Part shown: in pieces, positions 29,726 to 39,585 of the stretch
How the letters are laid out: every line of letters starts with the position of its first letter
Numbering within the stretch: position 1 is the stretch's first letter
Source of the DNA: a virus
Taxonomy: Duplodnaviria; Caudoviricetes
IMG/VR virus record: IMGVR_UViG_3300037067_024509
Span: 18,724 to 82,723 of that record
Length of the DNA stretch: 64,000 nucleotides
Reading direction: 5' to 3' (one strand)
Position numbers and translations under genes: made by a program
The notes under the pieces: generated by a model
Databases searched by the model: none
The model's input: the letters and a program-made list of their open reading frames with translations, nothing else
What the model was told of the DNA's origin: nothing

Positions 29726-31471
29726 ATGACTACTTTAGACACTATTGCATCAGTTGGATCAGATGAAACTGTTAATGATATAATTTCATTACCAAGTTCA
29801 CCAGAAGAAATTGGAGTAGTATTACCAGCACCAAGTTTAAGACGTATTGATTTTTCAGCACTAGAATTTGAAACTGCTAGAAGAATGGCAATTGAATATA
29901 TTAAAACATATTTTAACGATGAATTTAATGATTTTATATTAAGTAATGGAACAATGATGTTTGTTGAAATAGTTTCAGCATTGACTGGATTATTATCTGA
30001 AAGATCTGATATTATCGCAGATGAATCATTCTTACCAACTGCACAGTCTGTAACAGCAGTATCAAATCATTTAAATCTTATTGGTCAATCATTGCAAAGA
30101 GCGACTCCCGCTGTAGCAGACATTGAATGTACATTGTCAATTCCAGCATCATTTGATATCTCAATTCCCGCTGGATTAATATTTTCATTAACTGGTCCAG
30201 ATGGAAGTTCACTAACATATGAATTATTTAAATCACCAGGAGATTATTCTGGATCAATAATAATTCCACGCAACAAAAGAGGAATAGTAGCATATGCAAT
30301 AGAAGGACAATTTGGATCAGATGTAGTTGTAACTTCAAATGGCAATTCAAATCAATATGTTGATATATTAAAGAATAATGTTTTAGATGACCCAATAATA
30401 GTTTATATTGAAACTGATAAAACATCAACTGAATGGAAAAGAGTTGATTTCCTAGAAACTGCACAAGCAACTGATCAAGTATTCGCAGTAGAACATTATG
30501 ATACTTTCACAAGAGTAAAATTCGGTGATAATAATAATGGTAAAGCACCAATAGATGGACAAATTATAAGAGCAAAATACAGAACTGGTGGTGGAATACG
30601 TGGTAGAATAGGTAGAAACTCAATAAATGAAAGCAGATCAATAGGCGGAACACAAACCGCATCAACAGCAGTATTATTTAATAATTCATCACCATCACGT
30701 GGCGGATATGACAATGAATCAATAGAAAGTGCAAAAAAGAGAGCACCAAGAACATACTCAGTACATGATAACATAGCAACAGCAGACGACTATTCAATAA
30801 TATCGTCAACCTTTAAACACCCAGTATATGGATCAGTATCAAAATCAGTAGTAGTAGTAAGAACAGGTATAGAATATGGAGATCCAACAGATGGAACAAC
30901 TAATTTAGATTATGTAATACAACAAATAAGAGCAGCGCCAACCGTAGAAGACGCAAAACAATACATGTTAGCAAATTATGTCAATAAAAATATTGTTGAT
31001 ATGTATTTATTACAAGAAGGAGACAATTTACCAATAACACCAAGTAATGGACTAAAAACATCATTACAAAATTATATAACAACACTTAATGTATTCACAG
31101 ATGAATTAAGAATATATGATGGATCATTATTGGCAATAGATATAGAAGCAACAGTTGTATTAACAAGAAATGCAGATGCAGCAATTGTAAAAGAACAAGT
31201 ATTATCAGCTATAAATAATGTTTTTGATATATCAAATAGGGATATGGGACAGCAATTCAATAGAAGCGACCTAATATATGCTATTAAAAATGTTGATGGC
31301 GTTAAGACAGTAGACTTATATAAACCAGTTGATGATTACCCAGCATTAAGAAAAATAGTCACAAAAAGTGAAAGAACAGCAGGAATACAAGGTGTTGGTA
31401 TAAATGAATTAATAGTCATAGGATCACAGAATATACAATTCTACCTTGAACAAGGTAATATGAATGTCTAA
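29726..31471 (+). CDS. Baseplate wedge protein (gp6/baseplate J-like)
   Basis: IDFSALEF, ESFLPTA, VKFGDNNNGKAP, YRTGGG, GGYDNESIESAK...AP, TADDY. Confidence 0.88.
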   Translation: MTTLDTIASVGSDETVNDIISLPSSPEEIGVVLPAPSLRRIDFSALEFETARRMAIEYIKTYFNDEFNDFILSNGTMMFVEIVSALTGLLSERSDIIADESFLPTAQSVTAVSNHLNLIGQSLQRATPAVADIECTLSIPASFDISIPAGLIFSLTGPDGSSLTYELFKSPGDYSGSIIIPRNKRGIVAYAIEGQFGSDVVVTSNGNSNQYVDILKNNVLDDPIIVYIETDKTSTEWKRVDFLETAQATDQVFAVEHYDTFTRVKFGDNNNGKAPIDGQIIRAKYRTGGGIRGRIGRNSINESRSIGGTQTASTAVLFNNSSPSRGGYDNESIESAKKRAPRTYSVHDNIATADDYSIISSTFKHPVYGSVSKSVVVVRTGIEYGDPTDGTTNLDYVIQQIRAAPTVEDAKQYMLANYVNKNIVDMYLLQEGDNLPITPSNGLKTSLQNYITTLNVFTDELRIYDGSLLAIDIEATVVLTRNADAAIVKEQVLSAINNVFDISNRDMGQQFNRSDLIYAIKNVDGVKTVDLYKPVDDYPALRKIVTKSERTAGIQGVGINELIVIGSQNIQFYLEQGNMNV

Positions 31472-31724
31472 CTGTAGAAAAGCTGAAAATCTTTCATTTT
31501 CACATTCAAGATTACCATTGATAAAACCAGAAATACGTGTATATATAAATGAATATGATGTCTTTCCAGATATTAAAAACTTAAATTTTGATGTTCAAAA
31601 TGAAGGAATGTTTTCAGAACTATTAATAAAAGTTGACACAATATCATGTAAACAAAAAGAAAATCAAACCATTGGAATAATGAACCAATATAATGAAATA
31701 CAAACTATTATATCAGAAACATAA
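31464..31724 (+). CDS. Hypothetical protein
   Basis: 86-aa ORF. Confidence 0.45.
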   Translation: MSNCRKAENLSFSHSRLPLIKPEIRVYINEYDVFPDIKNLNFDVQNEGMFSELLIKVDTISCKQKENQTIGIMNQYNEIQTIISET

Positions 31725-31799
31725 TTAATAAGTATTTTATAAACTTTAATAACATAAAATGTAAATAATTATAAACTTTTATGGAATAAAAAATAATAT

Positions 31800-32537
31800 A
31801 TGGCAATAACAGGCCCATCTGAAGGTCCAGTAGTATTAAAACTTGATAGTAATCCTATCAAAGCAGAAGTAATGTCCCATTTTGGACACCCAACAATACG
31901 TGTAGAATTAGAAGAAACACATTTTGAAATGATATTAAGAACTGCTGGAGACTTTCTGGCTGGATATTTTCCACACGAAGAAAAAAGAGCATATTTTTAT
32001 ACAAAACCATTAGTTGATGAATATCCACTTCCAAGTGATGCGTATTGGATAAAGCAAGTAATGTGGGATCCATCCATCACTAGAATAGGGGATGTATTTG
32101 GCAGCGAATCGTATTTATTCAATGTTGGGAACGTTACAGGTATTCAATCGTTATTGCTCGATTTTCATTTACTACAATCATATCGTAAATTTAGTCAGAG
32201 AATGTTAGCAACAGAAGGACATTGGGAAGTGAAGGGAGACAACAAGCTCAAGCTTTTGCCGTTGCCCCGTGGGAGTTACCCGTGCTTCGTGGAATATTTT
32301 CCCTACGTCAATAGTTGGAGAACACCACAAGCTAGGGAATTGACTAGAAGACTTGTTATAGCCGAGGCTTCAATTATTCTTGGTAATATTAGAACTAAGC
32401 GTGCTCTTCCGTTACCAGATGGTGGTACTACTACATTTGGTGGTGAAAATCTTATTATTAAAGGATATGAGGAAAGAGAGAAAGTTTATAAAGAAGCGTT
32501 GTTATGTGGAGAGCCACCAGGAATCTATGCTTATTAA
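31800..32537 (+). CDS. Neck/head-tail adaptor protein (gp13-like)
   Basis: FGHPTIRVEL, ILGNIRTK...LP.GG...GE...GYEERE. Confidence 0.8.
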   Translation: MAITGPSEGPVVLKLDSNPIKAEVMSHFGHPTIRVELEETHFEMILRTAGDFLAGYFPHEEKRAYFYTKPLVDEYPLPSDAYWIKQVMWDPSITRIGDVFGSESYLFNVGNVTGIQSLLLDFHLLQSYRKFSQRMLATEGHWEVKGDNKLKLLPLPRGSYPCFVEYFPYVNSWRTPQARELTRRLVIAEASIILGNIRTKRALPLPDGGTTTFGGENLIIKGYEEREKVYKEALLCGEPPGIYAY

Positions 32538-32582
32538 TTGATCAATACTTGCCGTGGCGTTCCCTATGTATATAATGAGCGA

Positions 32583-34256
32583 ATGGAATTCATACAACTA
32601 GATCTTGAATCTCTTAAGAATGAATACAATAATGGTAGTTCACTTAGAACTTTAGCATCAAAGTATGGCACATCTAAAATAACAATAAAGAGAAAATTAC
32701 TAAAGCTTGGGGTTAAGATAATAAGTTCTACTGAATTTATTGCTGATAAAGAAAGGCATAAGTTAGCATCGACTCCAATTAAAAAGTACCAAAAAAGTTT
32801 TGATGCTTTTTCTGATAAAAATACTAAAATTAATGCTTTTAATGATTTTTTAAAGAAAGCGAAATTATTACATGGTGATAAGTTTGATTATTCTAAATTT
32901 AATTATCAAGGATATAATATTAAAGGAATAATTATTTGTCCAATTCATGGTGATTTTGAGCAAACTCCAGAAATGCATATAGAAGGAGAATTTGGGTGTA
33001 ATAAGTGTTATAGAGAAGCTACAAGGATTGGATTTGCTGAATTTATTAAAAAAGCTAATGAGGTTCATCATGATAAATATACTTATACTGAACAACTTTG
33101 CAGATTCAAAGATGTTATAAAAATTATTTGTCCTATTCATGGCGAATTTGAACAAAAGGTATCAAATCATTTGAGTGGTAATGGGTGTCCACAATGTATT
33201 AATGATAGTAAAAAACTGGGACTTGATGAATTTATTAATAAAGCACAACATATTCATGGCGACAAATATGGTTATAATAATGTTGAATATATTAATAGTA
33301 AGACTAAAATAAATATTACATGCAAAAAACATGGTGAATTTAGTATTAAACCTTGCAGACATATTTATAATAACTCTGGTTGTCCAGAATGTGCTAAAGA
33401 AATTACTATATCTTCAACGCATCAACAGGTAATTGATTATATTAAATCTTTTGATATTGATTTTAAGATTAATGATAGGCATGAAATTAATCCTTATGAA
33501 TTAGATATATTTATTCCGAGTAAGATGTTGGCTTTTGAGATTAATGGTATATATTGGCATAGTTATAATAAGGTGGAATCTATTTATGAGAAGAACCGTC
33601 ATTTAATTAAGCATGATATGTGTGTTAATAAGAATATTAGGTTAATTCAGATTTTTGAATCTGAGATAATTGAGAAGTTTGAAATAGTTAAGTCATTAAT
33701 TAGGTCTAAACTTGGTGTTAATGATAGGTATTATGCTAGAAAGTGTCAGATAGTGGAATTAAATAGCAAAAGATTTAATGAATTTGTTGATATGACTCAT
33801 TTGCAGGGTAAGGTTAATACTTTATTAAAATATGGTTTAATGATGAATGATGAGTTGGTTTGTGCAATGGGATTTAATAGGCATAAAGAATATGAATGGG
33901 AAATATCAAGATTTTGTTCTAAATTGAATTTTAATACGGTTGGTGGTGCTAGTAGGTTATTTAATAAATTTATTAGTGATTGTAATCCAGGTAAAGTCAT
34001 GACTTATGCTGATAAGAGGTATTCTGATGGTAGATTATATAAAATTCTTGGGTTTAAGTTGTTAAAGTCTACTAAACCTGGATATTTTTATGTTAAGAAC
34101 TATGAAGTGTTTGATAGAAGGAAATTTCAAAAGCATAAGTTAAGTTCTATTTTAGAGAATTTTGATCCTATGTTGTCTGAAACTAATAATATGTTTAATA
34201 ATGGTTATAGGAGGTTGTGGGATGCTGGGCATTGGAAATTTATATGGGAGAAGTGA
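32583..34256 (+). CDS. Free-standing endonuclease A: HTH + 3 Zn-finger repeats + PD-(D/E)xK nuclease + GNAT-like domain (Hef-like)
   Basis: CPIHG.FEQ...GC..C repeats, YELDIFIP...FEINGIYWHS, GGASRLF, YADKRYSDG.LY..LGF. Confidence 0.8.
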   Translation: MEFIQLDLESLKNEYNNGSSLRTLASKYGTSKITIKRKLLKLGVKIISSTEFIADKERHKLASTPIKKYQKSFDAFSDKNTKINAFNDFLKKAKLLHGDKFDYSKFNYQGYNIKGIIICPIHGDFEQTPEMHIEGEFGCNKCYREATRIGFAEFIKKANEVHHDKYTYTEQLCRFKDVIKIICPIHGEFEQKVSNHLSGNGCPQCINDSKKLGLDEFINKAQHIHGDKYGYNNVEYINSKTKINITCKKHGEFSIKPCRHIYNNSGCPECAKEITISSTHQQVIDYIKSFDIDFKINDRHEINPYELDIFIPSKMLAFEINGIYWHSYNKVESIYEKNRHLIKHDMCVNKNIRLIQIFESEIIEKFEIVKSLIRSKLGVNDRYYARKCQIVELNSKRFNEFVDMTHLQGKVNTLLKYGLMMNDELVCAMGFNRHKEYEWEISRFCSKLNFNTVGGASRLFNKFISDCNPGKVMTYADKRYSDGRLYKILGFKLLKSTKPGYFYVKNYEVFDRRKFQKHKLSSILENFDPMLSETNNMFNNGYRRLWDAGHWKFIWEK

Positions 34257-34305
34257 TATTTTAGTGGTATAGTTTTTATAATGTTTCCTACGTATATAAA
34301 GTTCT

Positions 34306-35736
34306 ATGGAATTCGTTAAGTTAGATGTTGATTCTTTAAAGTCTGAGTATTTGGCTGGTTCTTCTCTTAGGTTTCTTGCTTCTAAATATGGTACGTCTAA
34401 GATGACTGTTAAGAGAAAATTGTTGAAGGTTGGTGTTAAGATTGTTAGTTCTGCTGAATTTGTTGCTGATAAAGAAAGACATAAATTATCGTCTACTCCA
34501 GTTAAAAAGTATGAAAATAATTTTATTATGTATTCAAATGATAGTATTAAGAAAGTAGCTTTTGATAATTTTGTTAATAAAGCTAAATCATTATTTGGTA
34601 ATAAGTTTGATTATTCAAAATTTGTTTATGATGGTCATAATATTAAAGGCATTATAGTTTGTCCAACTCATGGTGAATTTATTCAAACTCCTGAGATGCA
34701 TTTGCATTGTAAACGTGGATGTCCAAGTTGTTCTAAGGATTCTTTTAAGAGTAATTTAATTGAGAAAGAGTCTGAAGATAATGAACAAAGTGTTGGTAAT
34801 CCTGTTTCTTTAGAAAAGGCTTTAGATATTATTGATAAAGTGAGGGAATCGGCTAGTGTTAAACGTCAAGAGTATTTTGATAGTGAGTCTGTTAGGGATA
34901 GGGATGGTCAGCAGGAGATAGTTGATTTTATTAAGTCTTATGATATTAATTATGAAATTAAAGATGGTCGTAATATTTGTATTATGGATAAGAAGATATT
35001 CATAGAGTATTGTGGATTTTATAATCATAGTTTTAGTCATGAGGAGGTTACTAGTGACAGGAATATTCATTCTAAAAAAGCTACTTTGTGTTTGGATAAT
35101 GGTATTAGGTTGTTACAGGTTTTTGAAGATGAGTGGTTTAGTAAGAATAATGTTACTAAGTCTATTATTTTAAATAAGCTTGGGTTATCTAATAATAATG
35201 TTTATGCTAGGAAGTGTGAGATTATTGAGTTGTCTGCTTCTGATTTTAATGATTTTTGTAATGATTTTCATATTCAGGGTAAATTAAATTCTACTATTAG
35301 GATTGGTCTTTGTTTTAATGGTGAGGTTGTTTGTGTTATGGGTTTTAATAAGCATCATAAGTATTCTTTTGAGTGTACTAGGTTGTGTTCTCGTGCTAAT
35401 GTTTCTGTAATTGGTGGTCCTAGTAGGATTTTTAGCTATTTTATTGGCAAGTTTAAACCTGAATCTGTTTTGTCTTTTGCTGATAGGAGATATAGTGATG
35501 GTAATGTTTATAAGAAGCTTGGTTTTGAGTTATCTGGTATTACTGATCCTGGATATTTTTATGTGAAGGGTACTAACAGATATTCTCGTCAGATGTTTCA
35601 GAAGCATAAGCTTAGTAATAGGTTGAGTGATTTTGATGAGTCTCTTTCTGAGACTAAGAATATGTTTAATAATGGTTATCGTAGGTTGTGGGATGCTGGG
35701 CACTGGAGATTTGTTTGGAAAAATATTGTTAAGTAA
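34306..35736 (+). CDS. Paralog B of endonuclease A: 1 Zn repeat, degenerate nuclease, intact GNAT-like domain
   Basis: N-terminus near-collinear with A; the ELD segment is missing. Confidence 0.8.
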   Translation: MEFVKLDVDSLKSEYLAGSSLRFLASKYGTSKMTVKRKLLKVGVKIVSSAEFVADKERHKLSSTPVKKYENNFIMYSNDSIKKVAFDNFVNKAKSLFGNKFDYSKFVYDGHNIKGIIVCPTHGEFIQTPEMHLHCKRGCPSCSKDSFKSNLIEKESEDNEQSVGNPVSLEKALDIIDKVRESASVKRQEYFDSESVRDRDGQQEIVDFIKSYDINYEIKDGRNICIMDKKIFIEYCGFYNHSFSHEEVTSDRNIHSKKATLCLDNGIRLLQVFEDEWFSKNNVTKSIILNKLGLSNNNVYARKCEIIELSASDFNDFCNDFHIQGKLNSTIRIGLCFNGEVVCVMGFNKHHKYSFECTRLCSRANVSVIGGPSRIFSYFIGKFKPESVLSFADRRYSDGNVYKKLGFELSGITDPGYFYVKGTNRYSRQMFQKHKLSNRLSDFDESLSETKNMFNNGYRRLWDAGHWRFVWKNIVK

Positions 35737-35752
35737 TTGTCAAATTTAGTTT

Positions 35753-36163
35753 GTGAATATAACTATTAAGAATAAACTTGTTGTGATAGGGAATCAGTTA
35801 TTAGTCCCTGGTTTAGAGCCTTTGAGTACACAAACTAGTAATATGTTAACTATTTTTATGCAGGGATATAATTCTTATCTTCCTGTTGAGGAAGCTTTAA
35901 AATTGATTCCTGGTTCTAGGGTTGTTAAGGATCAACTTAGTTTTGGCACTTTTGGTAGTTATAAGTATTTTGAACTTCCTAATGGTCCATCTCCTGATGG
36001 CAGTTGTCCTAGTAAGTGTATTGATGATTGGTATAAGATTTTAAGGGATGCTGCTCAGAATGCTCCTAGTACTCAACAGGGACCAGTTGAATGTGAAGCA
36101 TATGATAATAATGCTTGTGATACTAATGATTATTCGTCTGACCTTGACCCATTTAAGAGATAA
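35753..36163 (+). CDS. Hypothetical protein (neck region)
   Basis: 136-aa ORF; TCAAATTTA-N4-GTG. Confidence 0.6.
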   Translation: MNITIKNKLVVIGNQLLVPGLEPLSTQTSNMLTIFMQGYNSYLPVEEALKLIPGSRVVKDQLSFGTFGSYKYFELPNGPSPDGSCPSKCIDDWYKILRDAAQNAPSTQQGPVECEAYDNNACDTNDYSSDLDPFKR

Positions 36164-36165
36164 AC

Positions 36166-36774
36166 ATGTCAAACCATAGATTCGATTTTGATGATGAGTT
36201 GCAACAATCATATTCATCGTTGCAGGATGCTAAAGACAATAGAACTGATGAACAGAAGAATTCTTCTAAGATTGCTATTTATGATCATTCTAATCCTGAA
36301 ATTGCTAATATGGAAATGGAGGCACTTAATTTAATTAATGATTCTGGTGCTCCTACTTTGGTATATCGTCGTTCTGATGATACTGGTCAGACTGATGATG
36401 GTTATAATGAGACTACTCCTCAATATTTAGAACCTGATAATATTAAAGCTATATTCAAGCCTGAACAGGTATCTTTGTCTAAGGTGAAATGGGGTATTGA
36501 TGTTAATATTAAAATGACTTTAAGTTATTCACGTGCTTATCTTCTTGGATTGTATGGGTCTAGGCTTATCAAAATTGGTGATGTTGTTGCTGTTCCTCAT
36601 AATACTTTGATTCAGACTCAATCTACTGAGTATCTTGAGGGTAAAGTTAATAGACTTGATAAGTTTAGAATTATTAATAGTTTTGATGCTGGTAATTTCA
36701 ATTATCGTTGGTTATATTGGAATTGTATAGCTGAACCGATAAGTGGTGATATAGTTATAATACCACGTAGATAA
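36166..36774 (+). CDS. Head closure/neck protein (gp14-like)
   Basis: EALNLINDSG, LSKVKWGID, KIGDVVAVP, plus synteny. Confidence 0.65.
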   Translation: MSNHRFDFDDELQQSYSSLQDAKDNRTDEQKNSSKIAIYDHSNPEIANMEMEALNLINDSGAPTLVYRRSDDTGQTDDGYNETTPQYLEPDNIKAIFKPEQVSLSKVKWGIDVNIKMTLSYSRAYLLGLYGSRLIKIGDVVAVPHNTLIQTQSTEYLEGKVNRLDKFRIINSFDAGNFNYRWLYWNCIAEPISGDIVIIPRR

Positions 36775-36784
36775 AATTTAATTT

Positions 36785-37948
36785 ATGCTTTTGTCTTGTA
36801 TTAACAGTGATTATATAATAATATATGAGAATATTGAGAAGAAGAAACCATATATTATCAAAGCACTAACAGATGCAGGAATAGAAGACCAAGATAATAT
36901 AGTAGACTATCTAGTTAAAGCTGATCCAGTAGCTAATAAATCAGGTGGTAAGAAAACACCATTCATTAACCTAATACTCAAATGGCTAATTAATAACAAA
37001 ATTAGATTACCAGAGGATATTGATACTGTTAGTGAAATATTAAGTAAAGCTAATGATTTAGTTAATAATAAAGGGGTTAAGTTAGATATTAATAATTATG
37101 AATCACCAGGGGATTTAAGAAAAGATGTTAATGAGAAATTGGGAGTTGTTGAGAAGGGGACTTATGATTATCTTGAGTTAGTTGATCAGATTCCTGGTTT
37201 TAAATTGTATAAGGTTAACTCATGGGAAGAAGGGGAAAGAGCATTTAAGGATAGTGGTTGGTGTGTACAACGTAAGAATCATTTTGATGGCTATGATCTT
37301 CCTTATTTTATGGTTGTTACTAGTGATGATAAGCGTTATGCGTTAATGCATAAGGATAGTAATCAGATTAAGGATGTTCATGATAATAGTTTAACAATTG
37401 ATAAAGCTATTCCAATTAAGAAATTTATATTAGAGACATGGCCAAAATTCGTTTATAGTAGTGATTTAATATCCATTAATGATTTATGGCCTGGAGCAAT
37501 AAATGAGATAAAGAAGAATCCAGAATGGGCTTATACATATGCTCATGAAGTTATTAAGGGTAAATGGCCAGAAGGTGAAGAAGCTATTAAGCAAGATCCA
37601 GAATGGGCTTATAAATATGCTCGTTATGTTATTTATGATAGGTGGCCAGAAGGTGAAGAAATCATTAAACAAGATCCAGGATGCGCTTATCATTATGCTT
37701 ATCAGATTATTGGTGGTAGGTGGCCAGAAGGTGAAGAAGCTATAAAAAAAGAACCAGAATCAGCTTATACATATGCTTGTTATATTATTAAGGATAAGTG
37801 GCCAGAAGCCGAAGAAACTATTAAAAAAGATCCACAATGGGCTTATCGGTATGCCAGTAATATTATTGAGGGCAGATGGCCAGAAGCAGAAGAAACTATA
37901 AAACAAGATCCAGAATATTGGAGTTTATATAAGGCTAAGTTTTTGTGA
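36785..37948 (+). CDS. Protein with C-terminal 26-aa helical repeats
   Basis: N-terminal domain with SGWC motif; WPEGEEAIKQDPEWAYxYA repeats. Confidence 0.75.
   Translation: MLLSCINSDYIIIYENIEKKKPYIIKALTDAGIEDQDNIVDYLVKADPVANKSGGKKTPFINLILKWLINNKIRLPEDIDTVSEILSKANDLVNNKGVKLDINNYESPGDLRKDVNEKLGVVEKGTYDYLELVDQIPGFKLYKVNSWEEGERAFKDSGWCVQRKNHFDGYDLPYFMVVTSDDKRYALMHKDSNQIKDVHDNSLTIDKAIPIKKFILETWPKFVYSSDLISINDLWPGAINEIKKNPEWAYTYAHEVIKGKWPEGEEAIKQDPEWAYKYARYVIYDRWPEGEEIIKQDPGCAYHYAYQIIGGRWPEGEEAIKKEPESAYTYACYIIKDKWPEAEETIKKDPQWAYRYASNIIEGRWPEAEETIKQDPEYWSLYKAKFL
37487..37945 (+). repeat. Six in-frame 78-bp coding tandem repeats
   Basis: Unit starts (TGGCC) at 37487, 37565, 37643, 37721, 37799 and 37877. 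Confidence 0.95.
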
Positions 37949-37964
37949 TAATAAAATTTAATTT

Positions 37965-38222
37965 ATGGCAGTAACTCACAATTGGAATGATGTTAGACAG
38001 GGTGTTATTAATACTATATCTACGCATATTAAAGATTTTAAGAAAAATGCATTAGAAGATATAAGAATTAAATTAAATGATAAAGGAATTCCAAAAGTTG
38101 ATGTTAAAAGTAGCTCTGTTGAGTTTGTTGCTATATCAAAAACTGAATATGATTTAGGTAAAGTTTATTTTGATGAGGTATTCAAAGATATTAATAGCCA
38201 ATCTTGGATTGACAATATATGA
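37965..38222 (+). CDS. Small hypothetical protein
   Basis: 85-aa ORF. Confidence 0.6.
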   Translation: MAVTHNWNDVRQGVINTISTHIKDFKKNALEDIRIKLNDKGIPKVDVKSSSVEFVAISKTEYDLGKVYFDEVFKDINSQSWIDNI

Positions 38223-39115
38223 CAGTTCACAAATTTGATTTTAATCAGGGCCAGGAAAAATTGGATCAATTTATATCTTTAACTTCTGATGATCAAAATA
38301 AGGCTAGTCCTGATCCTGGCAGCCCAGTTAATAAAGATGATAGAGATGATTTATATTATGGTAAATCTGAACCACAATTAGCTAATAATTTTGTTGATGA
38401 CAATATTGATATTAATTATGTTGAAGAAGTTAGAGAAACATATATTAATGGTTTTGAATTTATTGATATTGCTATAAAGAATTATTTTAGTGGTATTAGG
38501 ATACCTACTAATAAAAAGGGAACTGAAGAATATAGGATGATGAATGTTAAAATTGCAGGTGGTGAATCTGCTACTCTTATAACTGATAGAGAATTACGTA
38601 GTGGTAGATTATCATTACCTGCTTTGGCTATTACTAGAACTGGTGAATCTCCTGATTCTAAAAGATTTTCTCCCCCATATGGTAGTGTTGCTAAGAAATA
38701 TAAAAACAATGGTAGAAGGGTTGAGTTAATTTATAGACCTAATCCATATCTTATAGATTATTCTTTGGAAATATGGACTGAATATAAGAGTGATGCTGAA
38801 TTTGCTGTTTATTCAATATTATCTAGATTTAATCCATTAGCTTCATTTTATTTAAATGATGTTACAGGATTGTCGCTTGAAGTTGTTATGAAAATAATGA
38901 GCAGTACTGATAATAGTGATCTTGAATCTGATCTGGAAACTCATGCTAAGATTAAGAAGACTATTAATATTCAGGTAGAGGGATGGTTGCCTCTTGCGAC
39001 TAAAGTAGTTCCAACTATACTATCTAAGCCTACATCAGTTAAGGAAGCAGTTATTGGTTCTAATAACATTTTATATGGTGGAGAAACGTACTTAGTTAAT
39101 AGAGATAGGACATAA
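38219..39115 (+). CDS. Tail terminator/completion protein (gp15-like)
   Basis: LPALAITR, PNPYLIDYSLEIWT...ILSRFNP, plus synteny. Confidence 0.7.
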   Translation: MTVHKFDFNQGQEKLDQFISLTSDDQNKASPDPGSPVNKDDRDDLYYGKSEPQLANNFVDDNIDINYVEEVRETYINGFEFIDIAIKNYFSGIRIPTNKKGTEEYRMMNVKIAGGESATLITDRELRSGRLSLPALAITRTGESPDSKRFSPPYGSVAKKYKNNGRRVELIYRPNPYLIDYSLEIWTEYKSDAEFAVYSILSRFNPLASFYLNDVTGLSLEVVMKIMSSTDNSDLESDLETHAKIKKTINIQVEGWLPLATKVVPTILSKPTSVKEAVIGSNNILYGGETYLVNRDRT

Positions 39116-39116
39116 T

Positions 39117-39491
39117 ATGACTGACATGGCTACTCCATCAAAAAAACCTTTATCAATTAAAGAGATCCGTAAGATTAAGGATAATAGGCGTAAGACTGAA
39201 TTAAATAAATTGAGAATTTATAATATTTCAAAACTTCAAGTTATTAATATTCAGATGTATGGTAAGAATTCTAAGTTAGTCCCTTATCAACAGTCTATTC
39301 AAATAGCTCCTGGTAAGCATGTTGATCTTCCTGCATCAAGATTAATTAGTGAACAGATTGATAATTTAAGAAAAAGTGGGTTTATTACTACTATGAAGGT
39401 TGATAGTAGTAAGCAAATTGCTAGTTCTGATTTATTATCACAAATTTCAAAGACTGTTAAGCCTAATAAGCTTAAAATTTTAAAGAAATGA
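39117..39491 (+). CDS. Hypothetical protein upstream of the sheath gene
   Basis: 124-aa ORF. Confidence 0.6.
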   Translation: MTDMATPSKKPLSIKEIRKIKDNRRKTELNKLRIYNISKLQVINIQMYGKNSKLVPYQQSIQIAPGKHVDLPASRLISEQIDNLRKSGFITTMKVDSSKQIASSDLLSQISKTVKPNKLKILKK

Positions 39492-39495
39492 TTAA

Positions 39496-39529
39496 TAGCC
39501 CAAGTAATACTTGGGCTAAATAGTTTTTT
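39496..39529 (+). terminator. Intrinsic terminator-like hairpin
   Basis: TAGCCCAAGT-aat-ACTTGGGCTA followed by a T tract. Confidence 0.75.
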
Positions 39530-39585
39530 GAAAAACATGCTTATGGCAAAAATATTATAACTTAGCCAAATAACCGGAGTAAATA

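Larger units (their letters stand above)
36771..37967 (+). repeat. 17-bp direct repeat ATAAAATTTAATTTATG flanking the repeat-protein gene
   Basis: Identical copies at 36771-36787 and 37951-37967, each ending in a start codon. Confidence 0.85.

Noticed and set aside
32538-35752. Group I intron housing endonucleases A and B
   Set aside because: The flanking genes are complete with their own stops and starts, and the intergenic gaps are too short for a ribozyme core
37487-37945. 78-bp periodic repeats as a possible CRISPR array
   Set aside because: They are in-frame degenerate coding repeats with no constant repeat / unique spacer structure
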